Of a stretch of DNA of 64,000 nucleotides, positions 1 to 14,460 are shown piece after piece (within the stretch, counting starts at the first letter, position 1; every line of letters starts with the position of its first letter). The notes under the pieces were generated by a model. It saw nothing but the letters and a program-made list of their open reading frames with translations. It was not told the origin of the DNA and made no database searches. Source of the stretch: Eledone cirrhosa (taxonomy: Eukaryota); the NCBI GenBank assembly GCA_964016885.1, contig OZ024742.1:346518001-346582000 (forward strand), in the 5' to 3' direction. The position numbers and the translations under genes were made by a program.

Positions 1-1225
1 AAGTTAGTTGGAGGTGGAGGGTAGGTTAGTTGATGCTGGAGGGTAAGTTAGTTGGGAGTGCGGATAAGTTAGTTGGAGGTGGAGGGTAAACTAGTTGGAG
101 GTGGAGGGTAAGCTGTTTGGAGATGGAGGGTAAGTTAGTTGGAGGTGGAAGGTAAGTTAGTTGGAGGTGGAGGGTAAGTTAGTTGGAAGTGGAGGGTAAG
201 TTAGTTGGAGGTGGAGGATAAGTTAGTTGGTGGTGGAGGGTAAGCTAGTTGGAGGTGGAGGGTAAGCTAGTTGGAGGTTGAGGGTAAACTAGTTGGAGGT
301 GGAGGGTAAGTTAGTTGGATGGAGGGTAAGTGAGTTGGATATGAAGGGTAATTTAGTTGGACATGGAGGGTAGGTTAGTTGGAGGTGGAGGGTAAGCTAG
401 TTGGGGGTGGAGGGTAAGTTAGTTGGAGGTGGAGCGTAAGTTAGTTGGAGGTGGAGGGTAAGCTACTTGGAGATGGAGGATAAGTTAGTTGGAGGTAGAG
501 GGTAAGTTACTTGGCGGTGGAGGGTAAGTTTGTTGGAGGTGGAGGGTAGGTTAGTTGAAGCTGGAGGGTAAGTTAGTTGGGAGTGCGGATAAGTTAGTTG
601 TAGGTGGAGGGTAAACTAGTTGAAGCTGGAGGGTAAGTTAGTTGAAGGTGGAGGATAAGCTGGTTGGAGATGGAGGGTAAGTTAGTTGGATGTGGAGGGT
701 AAGTTAGTGGAGGTGGAGGGTAGGTTAGTTGGAGGTGGAGGGTAGGTTAGTTGAAGCTGGAGGGTAAGTTAGTTGGGAGTGAGGATAAGTTAGTTGGAGG
801 TGGAGGGTGAGCTAGTTGGAGTTGGAGGGTAAGTTAGTTGGAGGTGGAGGGTAAGCTAGTTGGAGAAGGAGGGTAAGTTAGTTGGAGGTGGAGGGTAAGT
901 TAGTTGGAGGTGGAGGGTAAGTTAGTTTGAAGTGGAGGGTAAGTTAGTTGGAGGTGGAGGGTAAGCTAGTTGGAGGTGGAGGGTAAGCTAGTTGGAGGTG
1001 GAGGGTAAGCTAGTTGGAGGTGGAGGGTAAGCTAGTTGGAGGTTGAGGGTAAGTTAGTTGGAAGTGGAGGGTAAGCTAGTTGGAGGTGGAGGGTAAGTTA
1101 GTTGGAAATGGAGGGTAAGTTATTTGGAGGTGGAGGGTAAGTTAGTTGGAGGTGGAGGGTAAGCTAGTTGGAGGTGGAGAGTAAGCTAGTTGTAGGTTGT
1201 GGGTAAACTAGTTGGGAGGATAAGG
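1..1225. repeat. 22-bp G-rich minisatellite (consensus GGAGGTGGAGGGTAAGTTAGTT), runs off the window start
   Basis: About 55 tandem units with point variants, read directly. Confidence 0.95.
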
Positions 1226-1227
1226 CA

Positions 1228-1400
1228 GTTTATTAAATCGACCCAAAGTACTTTATTTTATCCATCCAATGAAGATAAAAGGTAAAGTTGACTTCGGTGG
1301 GATTTGAAATCTTAACGTAAGGAACTGAAATAAATACCGCAAGGTATTTTGTCTGATCCTCTAACGATCCTGTCAATCCACTACCTTTTAAACATAAAAC
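1228..1400 (-). mobile_element. tRNA-derived SINE copy (family repeated throughout the window)
   Basis: Reverse complement of the GTTCAAATCCCGCCGAGGTTAACTTTGCCTTTCATCC...GATAAAATAAAGTACC motif seen at 15.2-16.2 kb and 51 kb. Confidence 0.75.
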
Positions 1401-1487
1401 ACTACAACTATAACTGTGCACACGTCCAAGGCACATATAGCCGTGCTCATTTATAGAGGGACAGACGTAATAAATATAAGACTCGCG

Positions 1488-1628
1488 ATGATGGTGGTGA
1501 TGATAGTGGTGGGGTGATGGTGATAATGATGATGACGATGATCACGATGATGATGGTGGTGGTGGTGGTGGTGGTGGTGGTGGTGGTGGTGGTGGTGGTG
1601 ATGACGATGATGAAGATGACGATGATGG

Positions 1629-1699
<71 letters not shown>

Positions 1700-2070
1700 T
1701 TGATGTGATGTTGATGATTCTTATCGCTGAACACCTTAATCAAAAGGTGAAAGTGATTGATAAACTCAAATGTGTGTATGTTTGTGTCAGTGTGAGTGTG
1801 TGTATGTTCGTCTGAGTGTGTGTATGATTGAATTTGCGCGCGTGTATGTGTGCGTGTGTGATCGAGTGTGAGTGTGTATGTGCGTGTGTGATCGAGTCTG
1901 AGTGTGTTTATGTTCGTGTTTGCGTGTGTGTGTGTGTGTGTGTATGTTCGTGTTTGCGTGTGTGTGTGTGTGTGTGTGTTCGTGTTTGCGTGTGTATAGG
2001 TGTTTACGTGTGTGAGGGTATATGTTCGTGTGTGTATGTGTGAGAGAATGTATGTATATTCGTGTTTGCG

Positions 2071-2161
<91 letters not shown>

Positions 2162-2360
2162 TAGATTCATGTTTGCGAGTGTGTATATGTGTGTTCGTCT
2201 GTGTGTGAGCCGTATGTGTGTGTGAGAGAGAGAGTGTATGTATGTTCGTGTTTGCGTGTGAGTGTGTGTGTGTATATGTGTTCAGACAATGTAATAACAA
2301 AACCACAAAAGCGAATTAAAACAACAACAACAACAACAACAACAATAACAACAACAAACA
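1488..2360. repeat. Compound microsatellites (GGT)n/(GAT)n, (TG)n, (GA)n, (ACA)n
   Basis: Direct reading; these explain the low-complexity ORFs here. Confidence 0.95.
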
Positions 2361-2713
2361 AACAAATAAACTCGTTACAACATGGCGGATGGTTGAAAAT
2401 TGCAAATATGGAATGCATGGCGTGAGTTAATGAAATATCATTTCACGGCATCGTGTCTGTCTCACTCTATCGATCGTGAACAATCGATTACGGTGCCAAG
2501 TTTTTGACTTAAAAAGAATCCTCTCTGCCAACTATCCGATCTCTGTTGTCAGAAATATTCTTTCGTCATTGCAATCCACTTTCTGGCAACAACATAAAAG
2601 AAAGCTGAGACGCCATATTGAAATATGGCGGCAGGTATATAATAATACAAAAGTATTAATGGGTGAGCATGCTTACTCCTCTCCACATCTTCACATATCA
2701 ACCCAACGGTCGT

Positions 2714-2871
<158 letters not shown>

Positions 2872-2877
2872 ATATGC

Positions 2878-2951
2878 ATGAGCGGGAGAAACGGAAAGAG
2901 GTAATGAGAAAAAAAAACAGAGATAGACATTCACACAGAGATTACTTCTGC

Positions 2952-2994
<43 letters not shown>

Positions 2995-2995
2995 G

Positions 2996-3046
<51 letters not shown>

Positions 3047-3067
3047 TCACATAGACACATGTATGTG

Positions 3068-3105
<38 letters not shown>

Positions 3106-3179
3106 GCAGAAGTAATCTCTGTGTGAATGTCTATCTCTGTTTTTTTTCCTCATTACCTCTTTCCGTTTCTCTCGCTCAT
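2878..3179. repeat. Fold-back inverted repeat around (CA)n/(TG)n
   Basis: GAGAAACGGAAAGAGGTAATGAG...GATTACTTCTGCAACAC is mirrored by GTGTTGCAGAAGTAATC...CTCATTACCTCTTTCCGTTTCTC. Confidence 0.85.
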
Positions 3180-3202
3180 TCCCTCTCCCACTCTCTCTCC
3201 CT

Positions 3203-3239
<37 letters not shown>

Positions 3240-4139
3240 AGATATAGATGCTAGTCTTATCTTCAGGGGAATATACATACAAAAGACTGAACAATATTCT
3301 GTGATGTCTCCTTGAAAAAAATGAGAAAAAGCAAAACATGAGAAGAGAACTGATATAGGATAGATAACTCCGGTAGAGAAAAATGGAAAATGACTTAGGA
3401 AAAGAAAAAAAGAATAAAAGTTAACATATCAACTACATATTATCAATATGCTATTAATATATATATAGATATAGATATTAAAAAATATATAGAGAGAGAG
3501 ATATAGATATACCCGTTCGCCTAAACTCATACATACTCTCATTTTTCTCCGTTCTCACTCTTTACTTTCTATTTATCTTCTATTTCTAACTCTATCTTCT
3601 GATGAAGGACTAGTGTCTGAAGCGTTTGGACTTTGTCCTGTTATTTCAAACGTTAAACTAATATATTTCTTCAATGTACTGTGTCGTTTGCTTTGTTATT
3701 TCTGTTTACCTTTTACATACATCTACATTTACCTGCGTAAAGAATTGTTAGATTCTTGTTTGAATGTCATTGTTTAGTTTATATAAATGTAGCGAAGATA
3801 TCATGATAACAGGTAGACGATTGGGTGAGAGTTACGGTGAGTGCGGGAAACAGAAAAGGAAAAAATAAGATGAGAAAAGCAACGAGTGGATATAAAGATA
3901 GTAAGCTCGTGGTCAGAGAGTTTATGTTAGTATAATTGTATTAAATTCGTCTTGAGTAAAGAGAGGTGGAAATAAAATCAGTGAGTGATACGTTGAGAAA
4001 AGATATCGTTTAGAATGTTTTAAATAAGATATTAGGGACTTCAAACCTATAAAGTATCACTAATGTGGTTTGTTCCGTTTAGATGTGCAGATGTGCAGGT
4101 TCTAGATTTAGGGGCAAGTGTTTCTAGTAAGAGAGCAAT

Positions 4140-4690
4140 TTTTTAATGTAAAGAGTTTCTGGAAATCCCACTTTTAGAGTTCAGGTTTTCTTTAGACAAT
4201 TTTAAACTCTTGAGTATACTGGTTTTCTCACTGGTATAAAAAAACCACATCTTCGATCCGTTTATGTATGGTTTGGGCTTTTCCAGTATTCTCCTTTTCA
4301 TTTTATGGAGTATACCTCTGTCTTTTAATTCCCACACATGTTTCGCTAGGGTAGTTGATGGTTTCAATTTGGGGTGGCTGAAAGTAGAAACATGCTAGAA
4401 AATTCTTTGCTTAAACTTATCTTCTACCAGACTCACATATCTTTTACTGGACACTTTGTTATTATTAGCAAATGTAACTTCTTTTTCACATACAATCGAC
4501 TTTGTTACAAGCCTGTTGCAGTGGGCACAAGTCCTTTTCCTGCGTGTGTATCCAGGGTTTACGTTGAGTTTATGTATTGCGATTAAGTTAGACATGGCTT
4601 GGGCTATTACTGACCGAAACCTATCAAAGTTATTAATTTCCTTATCTTTTCATATCCTTGGAATATACGGCAGAGCCAGATTTATTGTTT
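4140..4690 (-). pseudogene. Decayed Penelope-like GIY-YIG endonuclease region
   Basis: Peptides [16 protein letters not shown] and STTLAKHVWELKDRG...ILEKPKPY parallel YIGLTACDFKTRLY and TTLSGHIWDLKD...LLSRANSY of ORF 36232; interrupted by stops. Confidence 0.75.
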
Positions 4691-4691
4691 A

Positions 4692-4836
<145 letters not shown>

Positions 4837-4875
4837 ATATTAAATAAATGGAAACTATATTTATAAAACCATATT

Positions 4876-4936
4876 TATTCTATTATATATATTTCAAGGG
4901 TACCAAAGTTTTGGTACGCTATCATCAGATAAAATA
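4876..4936 (-). ncRNA. Minimal type I hammerhead ribozyme (inverted copy of 5087-5147)
   Basis: Reverse complement reads tattttat-CTGATGA-stem II-GAAATATATATA-atagaata. Confidence 0.6.
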
Positions 4937-5086
4937 CGAAGTGTGTTTCATAAATTTTGACATAACCAAGGAGAATATACCTTAACGGTTCACGTTTTCC
5001 TTGGATAGTTTTCCTTGACTATCCAAGGAAAACTTGAACCGTTAAGGTATATCTTGGTTATCTCAAAATTTATAAAACACACTTAG

Positions 5087-5147
5087 TATTTTATCTGATG
5101 ATAGCGTACCAAAATGTTGGTACCCTTGAAATATATATAATAGAATA
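5087..5147 (+). ncRNA. Minimal type I hammerhead ribozyme
   Basis: Stem I tattttat/atagaata, core CTGATGA (5095) and GAAA (5128), stem II agcgtacca/tggtaccct, palindromic stem III ATATATAT, AUA site. Confidence 0.6.
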
Positions 5148-5618
5148 AATATGGTTTTATAAATATAGTTTCCAATTATTTAATATCATTGTATATTATA
5201 CTCCAGAATATTGTCGAGTGTTCTGAATCAGTTATAAACATTTATATTTGTTGAATTACCAACAAATTGAATATCCCTTCCGCTTATATATATATACAGT
5301 TATGTAATAAACAATATAAGATAATTATTTCATTTACCAGTGGTTTCTTGAAAGCAAACAAATTTGCTTTCATTCATTAGTATGAAAAAATCCTGGTCTA
5401 TTTATTGAAAGTGGATTTGCAAAACAAAAATATAATAAATATGAAAGTGAGGCTGAAGGAAGAAGAAGAAAAGGAGAAAGAGAATAATAAATATAAAGGT
5501 ATATAAACACACACGCACACACATATACATATATATATATATACATATATATACATATATATACATATGCATATATATATATATATATCCATACATACAC
5601 AAACACATAAATACACAA

Positions 5619-5733
<115 letters not shown>

Positions 5734-5781
5734 CATATATATATATAGACACACATACATGCCGTCGGGGTCATACTATTT

Positions 5782-5847
<66 letters not shown>

Positions 5848-5895
5848 CATATATATATATAGACACACATACATGCCGTCGGGGTCATACTATTT

Positions 5896-5936
<41 letters not shown>

Positions 5937-6050
5937 TAAAACAATGAAATAAAAAATCAAGTCATTAGAGATATACTTCACTGCTTTACGATCGTTTCTA
6001 GATGATGCATTGTAGGTATACTCCGTTATTGATCTATGTAAGGTTAGTTA

Positions 6051-6098
<48 letters not shown>

Positions 6099-6390
6099 GC
6101 ATACCCATACAACATATATACACATACACAGAAAAATACACACATAATTATATAGAGTACAAACATATACACAGAAAAGTGTATACATACAAATACATAT
6201 GCACGCACACATAAATAAATACATTTAGATATATACATATACATATATATATATATATGTGTAGATAAATCTACCAAAATATACGGTAGTGTCCAATCCG
6301 TATGAAGAACTCAATGTAATCCAAATATCATGAAAAGAGAAGATGTATTCAACATTTTTTCGATGATAAACACAGGAAAACAGAGTCAAG

Positions 6391-6648
6391 ATAAATTAAT
6401 AAAAACAATGAATAAAAACAAAGAAACAGTTCCTTATATTAAAAAATTCATCATTTTACGATCGTTTCTAGGATATATATGTGTGTGTTGGTATGTATAT
6501 CATATAGATCTATGTATAAATTTTACATAGATCTATATGATTTACATACCAACACAGACATATATATCCTAGAAACGATCGTAAAATGATGAATTTTTTA
6601 ATATAAGGAACTGTTTCTTTGTTTTTATTCATTATTTTTATTAATTTA
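6391..6648. repeat. Near-perfect fold-back of about 125-bp arms ending at (TA)n
   Basis: Arms are reverse complements about position 6520; they contain GAAACGATCGTA, an HHR-like 3' half without an intact 5' core. Confidence 0.8.
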
Positions 6649-7105
6649 TATATATATATATATACACACACATAAATATATACATATACATACACACACA
6701 TATATATAAAAAAACATACACACACATATACAATTCACATTCATACGCATTGATACGCATGCATATACTCACAATCACACGAATAAGAACATATATATAA
6801 ATGTACGTGAATATAATATATAGAAACCATATAAATACATCACGTACACATATGCATGAGAAAAAATACATACAACCACATACACAGATATATATAAGAA
6901 AATTACTTATATATAAAAAACATATATAAAAAAACCTATATATAAAGATATACATATATACACACATACGCATAAGTACGTACACATACATACGCACGCA
7001 CATACATATATATATACACATATACACACATACACACATACACACACATATATATATACACACACATATATATATACATACATATATATATATACATACA
7101 TATAT

Positions 7106-7331
<226 letters not shown>

Positions 7332-7482
7332 CACAAATACATACATACAGAAATAAATAGTGGTGGGTATGTAAAGAGTAAGGTAGAAAGTAGGTGGGAA
7401 TAAGAAAAATAAATAACATAGGAAAGATAAGGGAGAAAAATAATATAAGGGTTAGGGTAGGTGCGCTGTTCAGGTAACCCTT

Positions 7483-7560
7483 ACTCCTGTTGAGAAGCCC
7501 GAGGGTTATCTGACAGCCACAAATTTTTGGCGAAACTCTATCTGTAGTTTGTCCAGGAGT
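7483..7560 (+). ncRNA. Type I hammerhead ribozyme, U3-A8 core variant
   Basis: 7-bp stem I actcctg/caggagt, core TTGAGAA (7490), stem II gcc/ggc, GAAA (7532), GTC site at 7551-7553. Confidence 0.7.
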
Positions 7561-7788
7561 TTAATAGTTATTGAAATGGTTAGTACATTTTAATTCATTT
7601 TTTCCGGTTAATTATTTTCTGTTTGTTTATAGATTATATCCATTGCCCCAAAGTGGTTTCCGACCCATGTAATTCAAAACACACTTCTTTGTGTGTTTAT
7701 TTCTATATATTATAAAGGGCCCAGTTTTTATACTTTGAGCTCATTAATTACAGTGTATTAACGTGAGTTTTTAACTCTGTTTTTCATT

Positions 7789-7831
<43 letters not shown>

Positions 7832-7839
7832 ACAATATA

Positions 7840-8199
7840 TATAGAGAGAAACACACAGATACATGCGGACATATACATATACATGAATATATCCACACAT
7901 ATCCCTGTGTCAGTGGTGCCAACCTCAACCGAGGTTGCTCTATGAATAACTGGGACAGAACTATCCGAATGGATTAGACTGATTCAAGATTCTATCTCGC
8001 ACATTGCAGACGTGTTTTGAAATCCTTAGTGAGGTATCCCCTTGATAAGTCGGCAGAACCTCACAAAAACTCTATATCTCTATGATCTAGCTTTTTTGCA
8101 GAAAATACCACGAACCTACGTAGTCGGGGACTGAAGAACCAGCTAGGTATGATATATCTTATTACTAATTATATCTAATGTTTCTTCTCTCTTCATAAT

Positions 8200-8203
<4 letters not shown>
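7840..8203. mobile_element. Older fold-back copy of the 573-bp HHR element family (see 32758-33762)
   Basis: 7840-7982 resembles 33190-33310; 8030-8203 resembles the reverse complement of 32758-32930; flanked by (TA)n. Confidence 0.75.
8037..8130 (+). ncRNA. Hammerhead ribozyme, U3-A8 variant, partly decayed (GAAC)
   Basis: tcccc-TTGATAA-gtcggca...taccac-GAAC-CTACGTAGTC-gggga; stem I covaries with tcctc/gagga in the 33-kb copies. Confidence 0.6.
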
Positions 8204-8274
<71 letters not shown>

Positions 8275-8469
8275 CAGGAGAGAAGATTGACATGGTTTGC
8301 AATACAAAAAAGGTTTTTAATCTCATTGCTGACAATTGTTTCTCTGAACTGGTAGGTCTAGAGATCGCTATTCGCTTGTTTTCACGTTACTCGATCGCCA
8401 ATACAAAATTATAACCAGTCAGTTCTTTGGAGCATGCGAGAATGAAGAGAATATACAGGCATGAATGGA

Positions 8470-8523
<54 letters not shown>

Positions 8524-8574
8524 GTATATATGTATATATATATATATGTATATGTATATATATAGGAAAAGGCA

Positions 8575-8671
8575 TAGGAAAAGGCCCCTGAACCTTTTCC
8601 TATACCCGCTCTACTACCCAAAGTATCGAGTACTCGTTATGGTCCACCTGATTCCTTACCACACTTCATTC

Positions 8672-8672
<1 letters not shown>
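8575..8672 (+). mobile_element. Short tail fragment of the intact-PLE family
   Basis: CCTATACCCGCTCTACTAC...GTTATGGTCCACCTGATTCCTTACCAC resembles 36220-36300 and the reverse complement of 33836-33920. Confidence 0.7.
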
Positions 8673-8724
<52 letters not shown>

Positions 8725-9651
8725 TCGGAAATTTAGCACAGCGAAGAAAGAGAACAGCGGATACTGGAAAATCATAGCAAAACGGATAAACGGAAACATC
8801 CCACTCATCGGCTAACCGCTAGAAGTCAACAAAAATTCGCATTCATAATGAAACACATAAAGGCACTGCACACACACACTCTCTCACACACACACACACA
8901 CTCACGCACACACGCGCACACTCACACACCCTCACACACACTCAACCACACACACACATATATACCAGGAATTCTTCGTACATATGATGGTTAATGGAAT
9001 GTCTAATTTTAATTTTCTTTCCACTATTTTCTCTCCGTCCTCCGGTTATACAGTTTACCAATAATGTGAAAGATTCCTTTCTTTTCTTCAAAGATGACAA
9101 ATGTTAAATTTCTCCTGTGGTAACAATCAATATGACTAAAATAGAAAGAGACTTTCTCTCGTGTAATTACTCCAAGTGATCAAAGTCCTTTCTTTTAACT
9201 TATATTTATTCTCTCTTTGCTGCCTTCTTTAGAAAGAAATCGAATTTTCTGACCACTGTTAGTCGATAAAAGAAATAACAAGCTGTAATAAAAAAAAAAA
9301 ACATTGAATAAATAAATAAATAAATAAATAAATAAATGAAATGCGTCCATCTTGTTCACAGCATGGTCGGCATATTTGGGTTTTGCGTCTTGGGTTCGAT
9401 GCCTCGGCGCGGCACATTAGGTGTCTGTCCTCTACTGTAGCTTCAGGTAGATTAATGCTTTTTTAGTAGAATTTGGTAAATAAAGGCTATGCAAACTCCA
9501 CACACACACATACACACACACACACACACGAAGGAGCATAGAGTGCTCAACCGGCATACCGCCTATGGATATTCTGCTCCGAAGGAGGTTTGTGTGCTCA
9601 ACCGGCATACCGCCTATGGACGCATCCAAGCAACCGTACTATAAATATATA

Positions 9652-10890
9652 TGTAGAAGTGGTTACACAACAGTTAGTTCACCATACCGAGAACAATTGT
9701 TTCACCTTAGCGGATCCTCAGCTCGTAATGGACATGGTTATACGGAGCAGGAAGGACAACCGTACGAACACGCATGCGTAAAAATGATCACTTCACACAG
9801 GAAATACTAAAATGCGTGCGAGAGGTGTAAGGGAGACAACTGCGAAAGTCCGAAAAGTTTCTAGTTGATAAGAAAATTAGGATTTTGTTGTAATTCAATC
9901 CGGAGCTTTGTAGTTATGTAAGAGGTGTTTCCAGACGTGGGGACAACGTGTGAAGAATTCATTTCTCGTGTTTAGGCAATCACTATTGCGTAATCTCTTT
10001 AGAATATTTATTCGTTCATCGATACATAGTCCACACGACGGATTGCCCCTTGCGTATGGCTTGGCCTTAGTGATGGCTTTCCATTGAATGGAGTAGTCTA
10101 TACTTGAGTCCTTGAGGGACCATGCGTGGCTCGCGAGTTTCGTGGATTAACGTCTGTCCGGGTACCTAAAGGTCGACTGGTGGTTCAGGAAGCGTTCCTT
10201 AAATCGGCCCTCCGCCATACCCACATAGGATTTGACCTCCTGTGGTTGATTTGGTCGGTTGGAAGTGACCACAGCTTCATAAACTACAGCGGGTGTGTTG
10301 CATTGCTGTTGAAGGGGACAAGCTTCGGGCTTACGGCAAGAGCACCCTGGTGGGGTGTTGCTCTTATGGTTGTTGGTCATTTGAGCCTTCATGTTCTTAG
10401 CTCAGGAGTATCCTAGTTTTACTTTGTGTCGGTTAAAGGTGGAGCGTTATTTATGACCTATTGGAAAGTGTCTATCTAAATATTCTAAAGAGATTACGCA
10501 ATAGTGATTGCCTAAACACGAAAAATGAATTCTTCACACGTTGTCCACACGTCTGGAAACACCTCTTACATAACTACAAAGCACCGGATTGAATTACAAC
10601 AACATGCTAATTTTCTTATCAACTAGAAACTTTTCGGACTTTCGCAGTCATCTCCCTTACACCTCTCGTACGCATTTTAGTATTGCCTTTGTGAAGTGAT
10701 CGTTTCTGCGCATGCGCGTTCGTACGGTTGTCCTTCCTGTTCCATATAAGCATGTCCATTACGAGCTGAGCATCCGGTAAGGTGAAACAATTGTTCTCGG
10801 TATGGTGAACTAACTGTTGTGTAACCACTTCTACCTAACTCGTCCCATGGACTGAGTGTTCTACCACTACGGATATTACCTTCCAGTGTA
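9652..10890 (-). mobile_element. 5'-truncated PLE (GIY-YIG end plus pLTR) with an inverted pLTR, next to (TA)n
   Basis: ORF 10147-10392 reads CSCRKPEACPLQQQC...VVYEAV...SYVGMAEGRFKERFLNH; 9652-10008 is mirrored at 10478-10835; same family as 49683-50625. Confidence 0.85.
9688..9725 (-). ncRNA. Minimal hammerhead ribozyme in a PLE pLTR
   Basis: cgag-CTGAGGA-tccgctaaggt-GAAACAATTGTT-ctcg with palindromic stem III ACAATTGT. The inverted copy at 10762-10799 has CTGAGCA (mutated). Confidence 0.65.
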
Positions 10891-10894
10891 CTAG

Positions 10895-10973
<79 letters not shown>

Positions 10974-10977
<4 letters not shown>

Positions 10978-11270
10978 AGAAAAAAGAGAATCAGTGTTGC
11001 GACGAAAGGAATTTATTGGACATATTACAATTGTTTCTCGGGCGATCAGCTCGAGGGACGATCGATATGGTGATCAAACCTGACTCTGAAATCGCGCGGT
11101 CCTCGGATACGTCTCGATTCTACGAACCAGATTTTCCAATAAATTCCTTTCGTCGCAACACTGATTCTCTTTTTTCTGTAATATCGTACTCTGCTCTACG
11201 AGGGCATTGAGTGCTCATACGGCCTACCTCATACGGACGCTTTAAGCATCCAACACCAATTGTATGTGGT
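10974..11270. mobile_element. Fold-back HHR-bearing repeat next to (TA)n
   Basis: 10974-11020 is inverted at 11134-11180; relatives lie at 13828-14034 and 22780-22930, with a tail fragment at 9530-9640. Confidence 0.7.
11022..11110 (-). ncRNA. Hammerhead-like motif with CCGAGGA core (U4C)
   Basis: Reverse complement: gtat-CCGAGGA-ccgcgcgatt...gatcgcccga-GAAACAATTGTA-atat. Confidence 0.5.
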
Positions 11271-11340
11271 TGACGGCTAAGGGAAAATAGTACTCAATAC
11301 CGAAGTAGAGTGTTAATATATATATGTGTGTGTATATGTA

Positions 11341-11800
<460 letters not shown>

Positions 11801-11818
11801 TTTCATCTTTTTTTTCTT

Positions 11819-11934
<116 letters not shown>

Positions 11935-13751
11935 TTCTATTTAAATTGTTGGGATACAACAAGCAAATATTTTTATAACTAATATAAAGCACTCAACAAA
12001 TATTTGGAATAAAAATACGATATTAACAAATGGAAACTATATTTATAAAACCATATTTATTTCATTATACATATTTCAAGGACACCAAGTTAAATTATGG
12101 TGTACTTTCATTAGATAAAATATAATATAGATCAGTTTTATAAATAAATATTGACATACCCTTAAAGAATGCAACCATTACTGTTGGAAGCTCCCGGATA
12201 GTGGAGTTATAGCGTTAATTAGTAGTATTGGATACTTTTAAAATAAGCCGTTGGGTTACGGAGAAATAGAAAAATAGAGAAGGAAAGAGAGAGAGAGATA
12301 GCGGAATAAACAGAGAGAGAAATATGGAGAGAGAGAGGATGCGGAAAAAATGAGAGAGAACGAAAAACTCTAAGTCATATCTTGTTGAGTTAACTTAACA
12401 ATTGAGATGAAATGAATAAATAAAAATTAGAAATGTTAATAATCATGAATGGAATATACATATATAATATGAGAAATTTAACCATTGTTTAAATATGATT
12501 AGATGTTTAGTTAATCAGTTAAATATTGAGATCAATATATTAAAAATTGGGATCTATATATTAAGAAATCCATATATTATTAAAGATCTATATATTACAT
12601 AACACGTATACACACGCAAAAAATACGTACATATAAATATATATACACACTTATAAAAATACATATACATATCTAACTACGTATATAACATATACATACA
12701 AAATATAAAGGATTCTTTAATTTAATTTAAGATATAGGAATCTTATAAAATGTTAAATTGTTAAGATATTAAAGGAAAGTTTATGTTATACACACTTTAT
12801 GTTATTAAACAAAATTTTTTATATAAGTTTTATAAGATTACCTATTATGTATTTATGGCAGTTATTATATGTCTTTTTGTCACGAATCTTGGGATAATCA
12901 CTATACATAAGTGCGATCGAATTATATGGATAAACGCGCACATGTACATACACAATTACCACATATACATACATATATGTACCCTCACAAATAGGTAGAT
13001 ACGCATCACATATATATAAACATACAGATAGACATACACGCATACAACATATGTACATGCATGTCAATACACACATATACATATGTACACACATATAGAG
13101 AGAAGTACATATAAATACAGTACATAGTATAATTGAGTACATAAAATACAAAAGAACTATATTACGATTTGGAAATATAATTATAAGCAATATAACTTTA
13201 AAATCAATATAACCTTAAAATATTATAGAATATTTCAAGTTATAATTTCAAAATAATAGTATGTTTAATATATTTAGTATAGAAAATTTTCTACGTATAT
13301 TTAACTTAATTTTATATCCATAAGAAAAATAAACATAAACTCTGAAAGGATAAACTTTCGAAAATAGGAGAAGCTATCAAATAATAAAAAATAAAAAAAT
13401 ATAGGAAATATTTTCTCCCTTCAAGAGCTCTCAGTATATTTCTCTAGAATAGTTTATTATATTTATTTATATTTAGGAAGAAAAGTTATTTTTACTTGAG
13501 TGTATAATCATTCAAAAAAGGATGAAGGAATCTAATGATTTATCGACAGGTTCAATATATCAATAAAATTAATTAATTAATTATATAATTTTACATTTTA
13601 AATTCATAATTATACTTAAACGTTGCGTTTAATCTATGTCTACAGCAACTGAATAAATTATTCCTTAAGTTCAGCGAATTGTTGGTCTTTAATATAAAGA
13701 ATATTTATATATATATATATATATATACATATCTATACACACACATACGCG

Positions 13752-13829
<78 letters not shown>

Positions 13830-14030
13830 ATTGGTGTGGGATGCTTAATGCGTCCGTAAGTGGTAGGCCGTTTGAGCACTCGATGCTCTTACAGAGCAAA
13901 GTATAATATCACATAAAAAATGGAGAATCAGTGGTGCGACGAATAAGATTTATTAGACATATTACAATCGTTTCTCTGGCGACCAACTCGAGGCACGATC
14001 GAACCTGACTCTGAATTCTCTGTTTCTTAT

Positions 14031-14093
<63 letters not shown>

Positions 14094-14094
14094 T

Positions 14095-14460
14095 CTTCGT
14101 CAACTTATGCCTGAGATGGTCGTGGGGGTAGAGTCCTCAAACAGTCCTTCCAGCAGGTCCTGTGAGAATCGTCTCCAACTCATCCGGCTGGGTCCCCAGA
14201 TGAGACCACCCAACTCATGGACATTATCCAACAATCTTTCTTGGGGCCTTCCTGGGTCTCCTACCGTTTGGTTTTGCTCGTAAAATCTATCTATCGACAT
14301 TCTAACCACATGCTCATAGTATCGGAGCTGTGATCTCTCGATTCGGAGAAGTGGTGTCTCTACCTGGAGTGATTCTCTGATCTCCAAGCTACACACTCTA
14401 TCAAGTAGCGTTATTCCAAAGACCTTTCGGAGTAACCTCATTTCGGCCGCTTGTTTTCGC
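14095..14460 (-). pseudogene. RTE-clade LINE 3' fragment (RT C-terminal region)
   Basis: MRLLRKVFGITLLDRV...IRESLQVETPLLRIERSQLRYYEHVVRM matches the RTE/Rex3-type C-terminus; close to (TA)n. Confidence 0.8.

Noticed and set aside
1-1225. Telomeric repeat
   Set aside because: The unit is 22 bp with no (TTAGGG)n runs.
3595-3640. CTGATGA...GAAG hammerhead-like motif
   Set aside because: GAAA is mutated and stems I and III are not convincing; probably a decayed relic.
8960-9290. Possible minus-strand exon ending ATGTACGAAGAATTCCTG/GT
   Set aside because: Weak donor, only six codons and no other support.
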